The notes: a model not told the origin generated them from the letters alone. A stretch of DNA of 64,000 nucleotides from an uncultured Desulfatitalea sp. (GCA_963668675.2 CAXXMB010000001.1:1472001-1536000); one strand, 5' to 3'; positions 38,315-49,027 are shown, numbered from the stretch's first letter. Numbers and translations: made by a program.

Positions 38315-38875
38315 CTATTTCGGCCATTGGTGGTCCTTCAACACGTCAAACGGATTGCCGGTGGACTTGACCGGGCATCCGCACGGTCCCTGGTTTAAAT
38401 CCGCACCGCACTGCGGACACATCCCTTTACAGCTATCGCTGCAAAGCGGCTTATACGGCAGGCAGAGCACTATCTGCTCCTGCACCGCGTCACCGAACTC
38501 GATGGTGTCGTCTTTGAAATAGATCAGTCCGATCTGTGCAGCCGTCAACTCAACTTCGCCGTCATCTCCCGAGTGCACATCCGCCGGAATTTCGCGTGAG
38601 AAGCGCAGGGTAAATCGGCGATGCAGCTCCCGCTCGTACTCATTGAGGCAGCGGCTGCAGGGCAGCCGAACGGTGGCCGACAAAAACCCATCGACCCGAA
38701 TCAAATCCCGCTCGGGTTCCACCTCCAGCGTGATGGCAATGGGGGTGGCGAACCGGCACTCTCCCTGCTCAGTCAGCCGTTTGAGTACCGAGAACGCTTC
38801 GGCCGGCTTGACGTAATCCAGGCGGGTTCCCTGGGTGGGAATGTGGTGGACTTCGATAGTCATATCACTGGTCAT
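38315..38875 (-). CDS. yceD: YceD/DUF177 family protein
   Basis: CSRCL, EQIVL.LP.KPLCSDSCKGMCPQCG.DLN...C.C, NPF..LK. Confidence 0.9.
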   Translation of the reverse strand: MTSDMTIEVHHIPTQGTRLDYVKPAEAFSVLKRLTEQGECRFATPIAITLEVEPERDLIRVDGFLSATVRLPCSRCLNEYERELHRRFTLRFSREIPADVHSGDDGEVELTAAQIGLIYFKDDTIEFGDAVQEQIVLCLPYKPLCSDSCKGMCPQCGADLNQGPCGCPVKSTGNPFDVLKDHQWPK

Positions 38876-39110
38876 TGATCAATTCCTCAATCGGATCATT
38901 TCCGCAACCCGGGAAACAGTGCGTTAGCTGTGAGGCAATAGCGGAATTTAAAACTGCCGCCCTCCAAATGCAAGAGCGATCCGGGGATGCGCCGCGTTTT
39001 TGGTCACACAATGTCCCTTTTTTGACGCCAGTGCACGATCTCATACACCCCTGCAGATCGGAAAGCCCCTATTTATCGATCATTTTTGAAGGTTCCGAAA
39101 AGCGGGAGGG

Positions 39111-39126
39111 TGGTATGCAATTTGCT
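39111..39126 (+). promoter_or_regulatory. sigma54 (-24/-12) promoter
   Basis: TGGTATGCAATTTGCT fits TGGYAYR-N4-TTGCW with exact GG-N10-GC spacing, 59 nt before ATG 39186. Confidence 0.7.
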
Positions 39127-39185
39127 TTATCTCATTTTTAAGTTAGCGGTCTTGAAAGGCAAATTTCTTCAGAGGTGATTGAGCA

Positions 39186-41282
39186 ATGACTCCGAAACGC
39201 ATCGTTCGGGCGCTCTGCGCAGTGGTTTTTATATCGATTTATTCATTCGCAAGTCATGCCTATGCGACTCCGGATCCTTTTCCCATGCCTGAAGCCATCG
39301 TTCCAAACGTCAGCTTCTGGACCCAGGTCTATGCCCACTACACCTCCGATCAAGGCATCGTGCACGACAGCACCCGTATGGACATTGTTTACGAGATCAT
39401 CGAACTGAGGCCCTACGACAAGCCTGGCGCCGGCAAAATCAACCGCAAACGCATGAAGCGGGCCAAAAAAAAATATCGGGAGATTCTCAATCGCCTGGCC
39501 AAAAATCCCCATACCCGGGATAAAAGCTGCCGGCGGGTGGCAGGGCTGTTCGATGACCCTCACGACGCCGAGCAGTTTCGCCGTTCAGCCAACCGTGTCC
39601 GTTGCCAGGTCGGCCAGAAGGACCGTTTCCAGGCTGGGTTGATCCGGTCGGGAGCCTACATGGATCGCATTCGCGCCATCTTCTCATCCCACGGCCTCCC
39701 CGATGGCCTGGCCTATCTGCCCCATGTGGAGTCATCGTTCAATCCCAACGCCTACAGCAAATTCGGCGCCGCCGGCATATGGCAGTTCACTCGCTCCACC
39801 GGCAAGCGATTCATGGCGGTGGGCTATGCCATGGATGAACGAAGAGACCCGATCCTGGCAACCGACGCAGCCGCACGACTTCTAAAAGAGAATCATGCCA
39901 AACTGAACAGCTGGCCGCTGGCCATCACAGCATACAACCATGGCGCCACCGGCATGAAGCGCGCAAAGCAGCTTCACGGCAATTATGAGAACGTGTTTAA
40001 ATCCTACCGCAGTCGCACGTTCAAATTCGCCTCTCGGAATTTCTACGCCGAATTCCTGGCCGCCCGCCATGTGGCTGCCAATTATCGCGACTATTTCGGG
40101 ACACTCCCCCTGGACAGCCCCGTGCAGGCCCATGTCGTCAAATTGAAAAACTACATCGCCTTCGATGATCTGTGCGGTCATTTCCAGATACCCCCCAAGG
40201 TGCTCGAGCGCATGAATCCCGCACTGCGTAAGCCTGTCCTTAGCGGCCAAAAATATGTTCCCAAGGGATACGCGCTGAGATTGCCAGTTGAAAGCCGGGA
40301 GAAAGAGCTGTTGACGGCCGAAATTCCCGCTAACCTCTATCAAAAGGCCCAGAAACGCAGCCGCTTCTACACAGTTCAGCGGGGCGATACGGCGGGAAAG
40401 ATCGCCCGCATGCACCAGGTCCGGCTTGGCGATCTGATCCTGGCCAATAATTTAAACCGCCGTGCCACGATCTATCCAAGCCAGACGTTGCGCATCCCGG
40501 GGGCGACCGATCTCAGGCCCGAGCACCAAAACCCGGTTACCCAAGAGCCGGTCACGGTTTTGGCCGCCAAAACCTCCCCTGATCCTCCGGCACCGCCCGT
40601 GGCGGTGAAGGCGACCACTCCGAAATCCGCTCCGCCTGAACTGGCTTACTACCCGCAGCCGATGCTGGCCTCGGTAATCCCCTTGCCGTCCAAGGCGTCG
40701 AAGGTTAATGGCATCGACGCGAAGGGCGAGGCGGCACAACAGGCACAAAACAGCGAGATCGTTTCCGCCGATGTCGCCTTCGAACGTATCGTCGAAAGGA
40801 ACGGACAGCTGGTGGGCATCATCCAGGTTGAAGTCGAAGAGACCCTGGGCCATTACGCCGACTGGGCCGGTGTGGCCACGCAGCAGATCCGACGCCTCAA
40901 CGGGCTGCGCTATGGTGCGTTTCTGCGGCTGCACCAGAAGATCCGCATCCCCCTCGGCCGTACCAATGCCGAAACGTTCGAGCAGAATCGATATGAATAC
41001 CACAAGCGTCTCCAGGAGGATTTTTACGCGGCATACCGTGTGGGCGAATTGCAATCCTATCGGGTGAAACGCGGCGACAGCATCTGGACCCTGTGCCGCG
41101 GGAAGTTCGATATCCCCATGTGGCTGCTCAAACATTGCAACCCGGAGGTCGACCTGGGCGATCTGCGTTTCCACCAGAAATTGGTTATCCCGACCATCGA
41201 GAAGCTGTCGGAGGTCGACGCGGAACCCGGAATCGGTTCGCAAAGTGAAGATAACGAAGAGATGGAGCCTGGTCAGGTCTGA
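39186..41282 (+). CDS. Lytic transglycosylase with LysM domains (MltD-like)
   Basis: Signal peptide; LPHVESSF, GAAGIWQF, DERRDP, AITAYNHG; LysM YTVQRGDT and YRVKRGDS. Confidence 0.92.
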   Translation: MTPKRIVRALCAVVFISIYSFASHAYATPDPFPMPEAIVPNVSFWTQVYAHYTSDQGIVHDSTRMDIVYEIIELRPYDKPGAGKINRKRMKRAKKKYREILNRLAKNPHTRDKSCRRVAGLFDDPHDAEQFRRSANRVRCQVGQKDRFQAGLIRSGAYMDRIRAIFSSHGLPDGLAYLPHVESSFNPNAYSKFGAAGIWQFTRSTGKRFMAVGYAMDERRDPILATDAAARLLKENHAKLNSWPLAITAYNHGATGMKRAKQLHGNYENVFKSYRSRTFKFASRNFYAEFLAARHVAANYRDYFGTLPLDSPVQAHVVKLKNYIAFDDLCGHFQIPPKVLERMNPALRKPVLSGQKYVPKGYALRLPVESREKELLTAEIPANLYQKAQKRSRFYTVQRGDTAGKIARMHQVRLGDLILANNLNRRATIYPSQTLRIPGATDLRPEHQNPVTQEPVTVLAAKTSPDPPAPPVAVKATTPKSAPPELAYYPQPMLASVIPLPSKASKVNGIDAKGEAAQQAQNSEIVSADVAFERIVERNGQLVGIIQVEVEETLGHYADWAGVATQQIRRLNGLRYGAFLRLHQKIRIPLGRTNAETFEQNRYEYHKRLQEDFYAAYRVGELQSYRVKRGDSIWTLCRGKFDIPMWLLKHCNPEVDLGDLRFHQKLVIPTIEKLSEVDAEPGIGSQSEDNEEMEPGQV

Positions 41283-41497
41283 TCGAAAAAGGTCAACTCC
41301 CATCGATCTGCATGGGGATCGTGACGCAGGATATAGCGTCCACCATCATCACCCGCCACCTTGAAATAGCGATGGTCCGGCGCAAGCCAGCTGTCGATCG
41401 TTTGGACAACCTCTATGCATCTGGCGCCTAGCCAGAAACGCCGCGGGGTCTGCTCGCCGCGGTACCCGCAATAACAATCCACACGGATATTCTCCAT
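41273..41497 (-). CDS. Small hypothetical protein
   Basis: V.CY.GYRGEQTP..F...W..PD.RYFKV...DG..YILR pattern; 10-nt convergent overlap with the transglycosylase gene. Confidence 0.7.
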   Translation of the reverse strand: MENIRVDCYCGYRGEQTPRRFWLGARCIEVVQTIDSWLAPDHRYFKVAGDDGGRYILRHDPHADRWELTFFDQT

Positions 41498-41650
41498 CGC
41501 TGTCGCCCTTTCAAAGTCTCACCGCTTGACACCCCAGGTGACAATTTTATACTTTCCACAAATCGGCACCTGCTGAAAAGCCATTTTTTTGGCGGGTCTG
41601 CCTTGCCAACCTTAACGTAAATCAACGCCAACCATTAAGGAAAAGCGACC

Positions 41651-42538
41651 ATGAAAGAGATCTCCATCGGCTGGATCGGAACCGGTGTCATGGGCAACGC
41701 CATGTGTGGCCACCTGATCGATGCCGGCCATCAGGTTCACCTGTTCAACCGAACCCGCGACAAAGCCGCCAATCTCATCGAACGTGGCGCCGACTGGTGC
41801 CCGACGCCCAAAGCAGTGGCCCAGGCCTCAGAGGTGGTTTTCTCGATCGTGGGCTATCCACAGGATGTCGAACAGGTTATCCTGGGCCCCGACGGCGTGT
41901 TGGAAGGGGTCAAAGAGGGCGCTGTCGTGGTCGATATGACCACCTCAAGCCCGGAGTTGGCGCGGACCATTTCCCAGCAGGCCGAAAACAGGGGGGTGGC
42001 CACCCTGGATGCACCGGTCTCCGGCGGCGATGTGGGAGCACGCGAGGCGACCCTGGCGATCATGGTCGGCGGCGACCAGGCCACCTTCGACCGCGTCGTG
42101 CCCCTGTTCGATATCATGGGCGGCCACATCGCCCTCATGGGCGGTCCGGGCGCCGGCCAGCACACCAAGATGTGCAACCAGATCTTGATCGCCGGCACCA
42201 TGATCGGGGTGGTCGAGTCGATGCTCTACGCCCACCGGGCCGGTATGGACCGCGATGCGGTGATCGATGTGATCGGCCGGGGCGCGGCCAGCTCGTGGGC
42301 CATCAACAACCTTGGCCGCCGCATCGCCGGCGGCGATTTCGATCCCGGCTTCTACGTCAAACACTTTGTCAAAGACATGGGCATCGCTCTGGAGGAGGCC
42401 CGGCGGATGAACCTGAGCCTGCCTGGGCTGGCGCTGGTTCACCAGTTCTATCTGGCCGCCATTGCCCAGGGCGATGAGAACCTCGGAACTCAGGCGCTCT
42501 ATCGGGTCCTGGACCGCATCAACCGCCCCGCTTCCTGA
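41651..42538 (+). CDS. Beta-hydroxyacid dehydrogenase (3-hydroxyisobutyrate/tartronate semialdehyde reductase family)
   Basis: GWIGTGVMG, DAPVSGG, GAGQHTKMCNQ, F.VKHF.KDM. Confidence 0.93.
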   Translation: MKEISIGWIGTGVMGNAMCGHLIDAGHQVHLFNRTRDKAANLIERGADWCPTPKAVAQASEVVFSIVGYPQDVEQVILGPDGVLEGVKEGAVVVDMTTSSPELARTISQQAENRGVATLDAPVSGGDVGAREATLAIMVGGDQATFDRVVPLFDIMGGHIALMGGPGAGQHTKMCNQILIAGTMIGVVESMLYAHRAGMDRDAVIDVIGRGAASSWAINNLGRRIAGGDFDPGFYVKHFVKDMGIALEEARRMNLSLPGLALVHQFYLAAIAQGDENLGTQALYRVLDRINRPAS

Positions 42539-42551
42539 CCGGAGACACAAG

Positions 42552-43586
42552 ATGACCGACAATCGAAGCGTGGTTCACCCGGATGAAAAAGGAAGCCATA
42601 AAAAAGAGCTGCAGCGCCTGCGCATGCGCGCCATCGGGCTATCGTTCGCAGTGAGCCTTGCCCTGTTGGGCATTAAGTTCATCACCTACCGTTTGACCCA
42701 CTCTTCAGCGGTCCTCTCAGACGCCCTGGAGTCGATCATAAATGTGGCCGCCAGCGCCTTCGCTGCGCTGAGTATCTGGATGGCCGCCAAACCGCCGGAC
42801 CCGGACCACCCCTACGGCCATGGCAAGATCGAATACTTCTCGGCCGGGTTCGAGGGGGCGCTGATCATCGGGGCGGCGGTGGGGATCTTCTACACCGGTA
42901 TCCAACATCTGATCGATCCCCATCCACTGCCCAACCTGGAGACGGGTCTGCTCCTGTTGATAGGCGCCACCGTCGTTAATCTGCTGCTGGGGCTCTATTT
43001 GGTGAGAATCGGTCGGCGCACCGATTCGATCGCACTGGAGGCCGACGGCAAGCACATACTGACCGATGTCTACTCATCGGCCGCTGCGGTGGTCGCACTG
43101 GTGCTGGTCTATTTCACCGGATGGTTGCGAATCGACGGCGCCATCGCCTGCCTGATCGGTATCAACATCCTGGTCACCGGGGGCAAACTGGTCGTCCAGT
43201 CGTTCAAGCGCCTCATGGACGCCTCGGACCCCGAACTGCTCGAACGCATTGCCACCGTTCTGGTGGCCAACCGCCGGCCTGACTGGGTCGACATCCATCA
43301 ACTGCGCGCCTGGCGCGCCGGTGCCATCGTCCATATCGATCTGCATCTGGTGCTGCCGGTTGAGCTATCCCTGGCCAAGGCCCATCAGGAAGCCAAAATC
43401 CTGGAGAACTTGCTCACCGAAGCGTTCGACGGCAATGCCGGCATTCTGGTCCATATGGACCCGTGCGAACCCACCGAATGCCCGGTCTGCGGCCTTGCAG
43501 CTTGCGAGCGCCGCAGCCATGGCCGCGATCCCGAGATAATCTGGAACCGCGAACGCATGATCCGAGCCTCCGCAGGGGAACCGTAG
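42552..43586 (+). CDS. Cation diffusion facilitator transporter
   Basis: SDALES, PPDPDHPYGHGKIE, ADGKHILTD, VHMDP; GGAG RBS before ATG 42552. Confidence 0.93.
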   Translation: MTDNRSVVHPDEKGSHKKELQRLRMRAIGLSFAVSLALLGIKFITYRLTHSSAVLSDALESIINVAASAFAALSIWMAAKPPDPDHPYGHGKIEYFSAGFEGALIIGAAVGIFYTGIQHLIDPHPLPNLETGLLLLIGATVVNLLLGLYLVRIGRRTDSIALEADGKHILTDVYSSAAAVVALVLVYFTGWLRIDGAIACLIGINILVTGGKLVVQSFKRLMDASDPELLERIATVLVANRRPDWVDIHQLRAWRAGAIVHIDLHLVLPVELSLAKAHQEAKILENLLTEAFDGNAGILVHMDPCEPTECPVCGLAACERRSHGRDPEIIWNRERMIRASAGEP

Positions 43587-43667
43587 AATGAATTCAATTC
43601 GTAGCAATCGTATGCTTACAAAAATAGTGCCGACCCAAACGACGCGACCTAAGAGAAGGAGAAGACA

Positions 43668-44015
43668 ATGGCGACCATCTTTACCAAAATTATCAAAGGT
43701 GAAATTCCGAGCGACATCGTCTACCAGGACGACCAGGTGACCGCGTTCCGCGACATCGAGCCCCAAGCCCCCACCCACATCCTCATTGTCCCCAATAAGG
43801 AGATCCCCACGGTCAACGACATTCAGCCCGAAGACGAGCAGTTGGTCGGCCACATGTTCACCGTCGCCGCCAAAATCGCAACAGACGAAGGTGTCGCCGA
43901 AAGCGGCTACCGCCTGTTGCTCAACTGCAACCGGGACGCCAACCAGGAGGTCTTCCACCTGCACATGCATATGTTTGGCGGCCGCCAGTTGGGCCCAATG
44001 CTGATGCGGCAATAG
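43668..44015 (+). CDS. hinT: Histidine triad nucleotide-binding protein
   Basis: IF.KII.GEIP, AFRDI.PQAP.H, FHLHMH. Confidence 0.95.
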   Translation: MATIFTKIIKGEIPSDIVYQDDQVTAFRDIEPQAPTHILIVPNKEIPTVNDIQPEDEQLVGHMFTVAAKIATDEGVAESGYRLLLNCNRDANQEVFHLHMHMFGGRQLGPMLMRQ

Positions 44016-44031
44016 CGGACGGTCCGGTGCG

Positions 44032-44619
44032 ATGAAGAGACGACTGCCCCTTTTGAACCGCTCCTGGTGGTCCTTTCAATGGCGCTACCTGCGAAGGCGC
44101 ACCCCCTGGGATACGCAGATCACGCCGCCCGAAGTGATGGCGTTTCTCTTCACCGCCCCTCCCGGGCGGGCTCTGGATCTGGGGTGTGGTACGGGTACCA
44201 ACGCGATTACATTGGCCCGAAGAGGCTGGCAGGTGACCGGCATCGACTTTGCCGCCCAGGCCATTCTCAAAGCGCGCCGAAAGGCGGCCCGCAGCCATCT
44301 GCAGATCGATTTCAGGGTTGGGGATGTGAGCGAATTAGGCGGACTTGCAGGCGTCTTCGACTACGTATTGGATATCGGCTGTCTGCACGGGCTAAATGAC
44401 CAACAGCAGATTCGCTACGCCAAAAGATTCGACGGATTGATGCGTCCCGGCGGGACGTTCATGCTCTACGCCTGGCTGCCGCGCATCTGGAAGGGAAAGC
44501 GGCGCGGAATTGCTACCGAGACCATACGGGGCCTGTTCGAGCCGACGCTGCAGCACCACCAGACCATCGTCGGAGAGGAGGCTGGCGGTCCTTCGGCGTG
44601 GTATTGGTTTAAAAGCTAA
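44032..44619 (+). CDS. Class I SAM-dependent methyltransferase
   Basis: PWD, ALDLGCGTG, FDYVLDIGCLH. Confidence 0.88.
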   Translation: MKRRLPLLNRSWWSFQWRYLRRRTPWDTQITPPEVMAFLFTAPPGRALDLGCGTGTNAITLARRGWQVTGIDFAAQAILKARRKAARSHLQIDFRVGDVSELGGLAGVFDYVLDIGCLHGLNDQQQIRYAKRFDGLMRPGGTFMLYAWLPRIWKGKRRGIATETIRGLFEPTLQHHQTIVGEEAGGPSAWYWFKS

Positions 44620-44641
44620 CCAATAGACAGGAAGCAGCCGG

Positions 44642-45703
44642 TTACTCTATAGAACCGGCATTTCGAAAGGCCTGCACCCTTTCGGGCGTGGGTGGATGTG
44701 TGGCGAGGTATCCGGTCCAGCCCCCTCCTTCCTCTGATTTTTGCTCTTTGTGGTTCTTATCGATCCGGGAGAGGATATCGGCAAAGCGTTCGGGCGGTAC
44801 ATCGTGCGCCAACAGGTAGTCCAAGGCATAGCGGTCTGCATCCCGTTCGAATTCACGCGAGTAGGCCAGTTCGGTGAGCACCACGGGCAGCCCCAAAAAG
44901 AGCTCGGAAACACCCGACGCGTCCCCGGTAAGGGCCAGAATGGCAAACGATAGCATCGAGTCCTGAACCATGCGGCGCATGCCGTGCTGATGAAACACGT
45001 GACCGATCTCGTGGGCCATTACAGCCAACAGTTCGTCGTCATCTTTGGCCGCCTCGACCATCTCGTCGGTGAAGACGATGGTGCCGCCGGGCAGCGCGAA
45101 GGCATTGGGCCCCAGCTTTCCGCCTTTACGAAACACCACCACAAGATCAAGCGCCGGGTGGTTATCGATGGCCGGTTGCAGGTGCTTTCGAACACGCGTT
45201 GCAGTCTCTTCCGGCAGCTCTGATTCGTCCAATGCGGCCTTGTCCAGAAAATTCAATGTCTGCTCATCGGCCATTCGATGGATCGATTCGGGCAATGCGG
45301 CGGTCACCACTTTGGCTGCCACCGGCACCACATACTTCACAGTGGCGGCAGCGATCAACAGAACGATCAGGAAGGCGGCCAGCACATAACGCTTTCTCGA
45401 TTCGAGGATATGGACCCAGAGGCTCCAGTGGTCGCGACGAAATGCCCCCAGAATCCGATCGACACCAGCATTGTCGTCGGTTTCGAGGACCGCCCCATCT
45501 GGAAAGCAGATTGCCCGCGGCGTATCGGCCAGACGGTCCGACACCTTGGCGTCAAAGCGCTTTCGGCGATAGACAGCGTCGCCATTACCGACCCGAAGGA
45601 CCTCAACAGCTTCATTGTCGTAGACCCTCAACACCACCGCAATCTGTGCGGAGGTCCTGCCGTCAAACCACTGTCCTTCTACGGTGATCATTAGCGTGTG
45701 CAT
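44642..45703 (-). CDS. M48 family metallopeptidase
   Basis: NAFALPGG, AHEIGH (HExxH), YSREFERDAD, THP. Confidence 0.93.
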   Translation of the reverse strand: MHTLMITVEGQWFDGRTSAQIAVVLRVYDNEAVEVLRVGNGDAVYRRKRFDAKVSDRLADTPRAICFPDGAVLETDDNAGVDRILGAFRRDHWSLWVHILESRKRYVLAAFLIVLLIAAATVKYVVPVAAKVVTAALPESIHRMADEQTLNFLDKAALDESELPEETATRVRKHLQPAIDNHPALDLVVVFRKGGKLGPNAFALPGGTIVFTDEMVEAAKDDDELLAVMAHEIGHVFHQHGMRRMVQDSMLSFAILALTGDASGVSELFLGLPVVLTELAYSREFERDADRYALDYLLAHDVPPERFADILSRIDKNHKEQKSEEGGGWTGYLATHPPTPERVQAFRNAGSIE

Positions 45704-45843
45704 CCTCTCCCTCAGCCCGATGGCCTTCGTTTACCAAGTGTGCCGGAAACATTTCCCTGTTCTGCGAAAATAAAACAGATTTCGACGATCGCCAGGGGCC
45801 CATTGCTTTTGATCCCAAGCGACATCCGCACAGTTATCCCCTC

Positions 45844-47091
45844 CTACAGACCGAAGTCAAAATCCATGAAGTCGGAAATTTCGTTCCCCAGAGCGCCGGT
45901 CTCCTTCAACTCATCGGCAACGAATTGGTCCAGATCTCCCGATGGCAACAAGACGAGTTGTTCGATCTTGTAGCGGTATGCGCGCACCTGGGCAAATGGG
46001 TGAAACAGTCCCAGCGTGCAGACGATCGCCAACGTATTGGTCAGCAGGATCAAGGCGAACGCTTTGATCTCCATCGTCGCTTTAAATCTGTGCTTCTGCA
46101 GCGCGCCCGAGTTGTAGAGCAGGTTGCCCGATTTGACTGAAAAATAGGCAAAAGCGTAAAGATACATCACCACCATCACCAAAGCGCCTAAAGGCCCGCC
46201 TAAGAAAGGCAGAAAAATGGATACCGCCACAACGATTACGATGGCCGCGATGAGCGGAATCAGGAACTTCAGGACAATACGGTAGTAATCTCCGGCCGTG
46301 GCGTGAAAGGTGAACGGCGCGGTGCCGTAGGTCGAGTTTTCCACGATGAATTTCTTCTGGCGATAGTGGGCGTAGGGGCCCAGAATACCGAGGGTCGGTA
46401 TGGAGAGCAGCGGAAAGAGCACGAACGTTTTGGCGGCTCCGCCATAGGTGCCCTTGAAATTGAAGCGGATGTTGCGCCAGGAGCTATAGCGCGCATTGAA
46501 GGCCAGGGACCGGACCACAAGCCATGGAAGTATGATAAGAAAAACGAGGCTTCCTGCCAACGCAGCGGGCGGAAAGACTTGGTTCATGATGGAGTAACAG
46601 ACAAAAACGACAAATACTATGGCGCGGCCTTTCAAAATCTTTACCGGATCGGCCAGGTAGCGGAAGGTGGCACCGACCACCCGGGTGTTGCCGTAAAAGT
46701 ACTGTTTACGTCGCACCTTGGCCCAGGCCGAGTAGATTCCCAGGGTGACAATAGAGAGGAGGACATTGACGATCCAGATCTTGAAGTACTCGCCACCGGC
46801 CCCCTTGAATTCAAACGGCTCCTGTGCCTTGGCGGCCGGCATCTGCGGTGTGGGCTTTGGTTCCGGCGCGACCGGTTTCGGTGGTTCCGGCGGCTGCGGC
46901 GGTGCAGGCTGATTCGGAACCTTTGGATTGGCAGGACGAACCAGCTGCGACAGCGGCTGCCAGTTCTCCCCGGAGGCGCTGCGCACCAGCGTCTCTCCAT
47001 TGATCTGCTTCGATTTAATCAGTTCCGTCAATTCCGCCTTGTTGACCGGCCCGATCTCCTGCTCCCCATCCTTATAGTACCAACTCATCAA
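45844..47091 (-). CDS. YjgN/DUF898 membrane protein with N-terminal GYF_2-like domain and Pro-rich linker
   Basis: WYY...GP....L...I..ETLV...W.PL; F.FKG.GGEYFKIWIVN.LL.IVTLGIYSAWAKVR. Confidence 0.88.
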   Translation of the reverse strand: MMSWYYKDGEQEIGPVNKAELTELIKSKQINGETLVRSASGENWQPLSQLVRPANPKVPNQPAPPQPPEPPKPVAPEPKPTPQMPAAKAQEPFEFKGAGGEYFKIWIVNVLLSIVTLGIYSAWAKVRRKQYFYGNTRVVGATFRYLADPVKILKGRAIVFVVFVCYSIMNQVFPPAALAGSLVFLIILPWLVVRSLAFNARYSSWRNIRFNFKGTYGGAAKTFVLFPLLSIPTLGILGPYAHYRQKKFIVENSTYGTAPFTFHATAGDYYRIVLKFLIPLIAAIVIVVAVSIFLPFLGGPLGALVMVVMYLYAFAYFSVKSGNLLYNSGALQKHRFKATMEIKAFALILLTNTLAIVCTLGLFHPFAQVRAYRYKIEQLVLLPSGDLDQFVADELKETGALGNEISDFMDFDFGL

Positions 47092-47419
47092 GCGGCTCCT
47101 TTTCTGTGATCCATGCGTGAAATGGTTTCGTGCTCAATCGTAATTACGAATGCGATTACGCGGCGGGAGGATGATAAATGCATGATAAAATATGAAAATT
47201 TGGTAGATATTTTACCAGAGAAACGCATTTACAGGCAAGGGGAAATGGGCTTTTTAATTGATAGCCCATGACATGTTGAAAATATAAGTAAAATCGACTT
47301 TATTCTATTTTACACATGCGTATAATTGACAAGGTAGAATGATGCCATAGGCACTACATTCCAGGGAAGAAAAACGACCTTTGCCGTCTTCCCAATACGA
47401 CCGAAATTGAAATGGGCTG

Positions 47420-48796
47420 TTATTTATTTTTGCGCCGAAGTACCTTCTTTTGAGGCCTGTTCTTCTTCCATCGGCTGAATTCTATTTTTCCGGTGCGCAG
47501 GCGGAAGTAGATGCGCAGCGGGGTCATATCGAGACCGGTCCTGGCGCGGACCTGGTTGAGAAGATAGCGCTGGTAGGAGAAGTGAACGGCGTCGGGGAAA
47601 TTGACGAAGCAGACGAAGGTGGGCGGCCGTTGGCCCACTTGCGTCGCGTAGTAGAACTTGAGTCTGCGGCCCCGGTGCAGGGGGGGTTCTGTACGCTGGG
47701 TGGCCTCTTTGAAAATGCGGTTGAGGATGCCGGTACCGATGCGGGTGGTGTACTGGGTAAATACGTTTTCTATCAAAGGGAATATCTTGTTGATGCGCTG
47801 TCCGCTCTTGGCCGATATGGTGAGCAGCGGCGCGTGTTGAAGGAATTTGGCCGTTTCGTGGAGGCGTTGGCCGAATTTATGCGGCGTTGTCGTTTGGGCA
47901 TCCACGAGGTCCCACTTGTTGGCGATGAAGATGGCGCCGCAGCCACGCTCATAGGCATATCCAGCTACCTTGATGTCCTGGTCGGTGATGCCCTGGTCGG
48001 CGTCGAGCAAAATCAGGGCCACGTCGCACGCTTCGAGGCTTTTGAGCGCCTTGATGATCGAGAACTTCTCCAGCTTCAGGCCCACTTTCGATTTGCGCCG
48101 AATCCCAGCAGTGTCGATCAGGCGAAAGGTGCGCCCGCCCTTTTGAACCACGGTGTCGACGGCGTCCCGGGTGGTGCCGGGCACGTCGCTGACCAGCAAC
48201 CGCTCCTGGCCGGCCAGGCGGTTAATCAAGGAGGATTTGCCCACGTTGGGCCGCCCCACCACGGCGATGCGGATCTCGTCGGATTCGACCGGCGCTTCGG
48301 CGCGGGGCAGTACGTCCACCAGGGCGTCCATGAAATCGGGTACCCCGTATCCATGTTCGGCAGAGAGAGAGTAAAGCTGGTCGGTGCCGAGGGCATGAAA
48401 CTCGTAGAGGCGATCCTCCTGTTCGAGTCCGTCGACCTTGTTGACCACATGGAACACCGGCTGTTGCACTGTGCGGATCCACTGGATCAAGTCGTGGTCA
48501 AAGGGCGAGAGGCCGTGCTTGCCGTCAAGCACCAGGACTACGGCGTCGGCCTCTTGCACGGCGCTTTCGACTTGAGTGCGTATGTGGGCGGCAAAGGCGT
48601 CATCGTCGCCGGTCACGAACCCGCCGGTATCGACGACGATAAAGGCGTGGTCCTCCCACTTCGCATCGCCGTAGTGGCGATCACGGGTGACGCCGGGCAG
48701 GTCGTCGACAATGGCATCGCGTCGGCGCGTCATGCGATTGAAGAGGGTGGACTTGCCCACGTTGGGGCGTCCGATGATGGCGACGATAGGTTTCAT
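47420..48796 (-). CDS. der: Ribosome biogenesis GTPase Der (EngA)
   Basis: Two GRPNVGKS P-loops, DTGG/DTAG, NKVD/NKWD, KH-like tail. Confidence 0.98.
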   Translation of the reverse strand: MKPIVAIIGRPNVGKSTLFNRMTRRRDAIVDDLPGVTRDRHYGDAKWEDHAFIVVDTGGFVTGDDDAFAAHIRTQVESAVQEADAVVLVLDGKHGLSPFDHDLIQWIRTVQQPVFHVVNKVDGLEQEDRLYEFHALGTDQLYSLSAEHGYGVPDFMDALVDVLPRAEAPVESDEIRIAVVGRPNVGKSSLINRLAGQERLLVSDVPGTTRDAVDTVVQKGGRTFRLIDTAGIRRKSKVGLKLEKFSIIKALKSLEACDVALILLDADQGITDQDIKVAGYAYERGCGAIFIANKWDLVDAQTTTPHKFGQRLHETAKFLQHAPLLTISAKSGQRINKIFPLIENVFTQYTTRIGTGILNRIFKEATQRTEPPLHRGRRLKFYYATQVGQRPPTFVCFVNFPDAVHFSYQRYLLNQVRARTGLDMTPLRIYFRLRTGKIEFSRWKKNRPQKKVLRRKNK

Positions 48797-48905
48797 GAAT
48801 TGTCCGGTGCAACCTTTCCATTATTGTGTGGCCATGTCGGGGGAGACCTTGCTATACGGAAAGCATCAACCAAAGTCAAACCAATAGAGGGATGGAGGCG
48901 AGATC

Positions 48906-49012
48906 ATGCCCGAATTAGCCTATTTAAACGGAGAGATCATGCCCATCGACCAGGCCCCATGTCCAGGCAGTTGTTGGCCCATCTGGGGAGAAGGGCGATG
49001 GGCGAAACGTAA
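48906..49012 (+). pseudogene. Internally deleted remnant of a class IV (D-amino acid/branched-chain) aminotransferase gene
   Basis: GGAGG RBS + MPELAYLNGEIMPIDQA joined out of frame to RPGPMSRQLLAHL...*; the junction shares cgaccaggcc. Confidence 0.65.
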
Positions 49013-49027
49013 AGCCGCAGGCGACGC

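Noticed and set aside
44629..44639. AGGAAGCAGCC resembling the SRP RNA core
   Set aside because: No preceding CAGGTCCGGA and no room for the hairpin between convergent genes
47450..49012. 520-aa + strand ORF and other long antisense ORFs (15816-17132, 25554-26687)
   Set aside because: Antisense shadows of der, gyrA and the AbfD-like gene caused by GC-rich codon bias; only the last ~20 codons of the first belong to the aminotransferase scar
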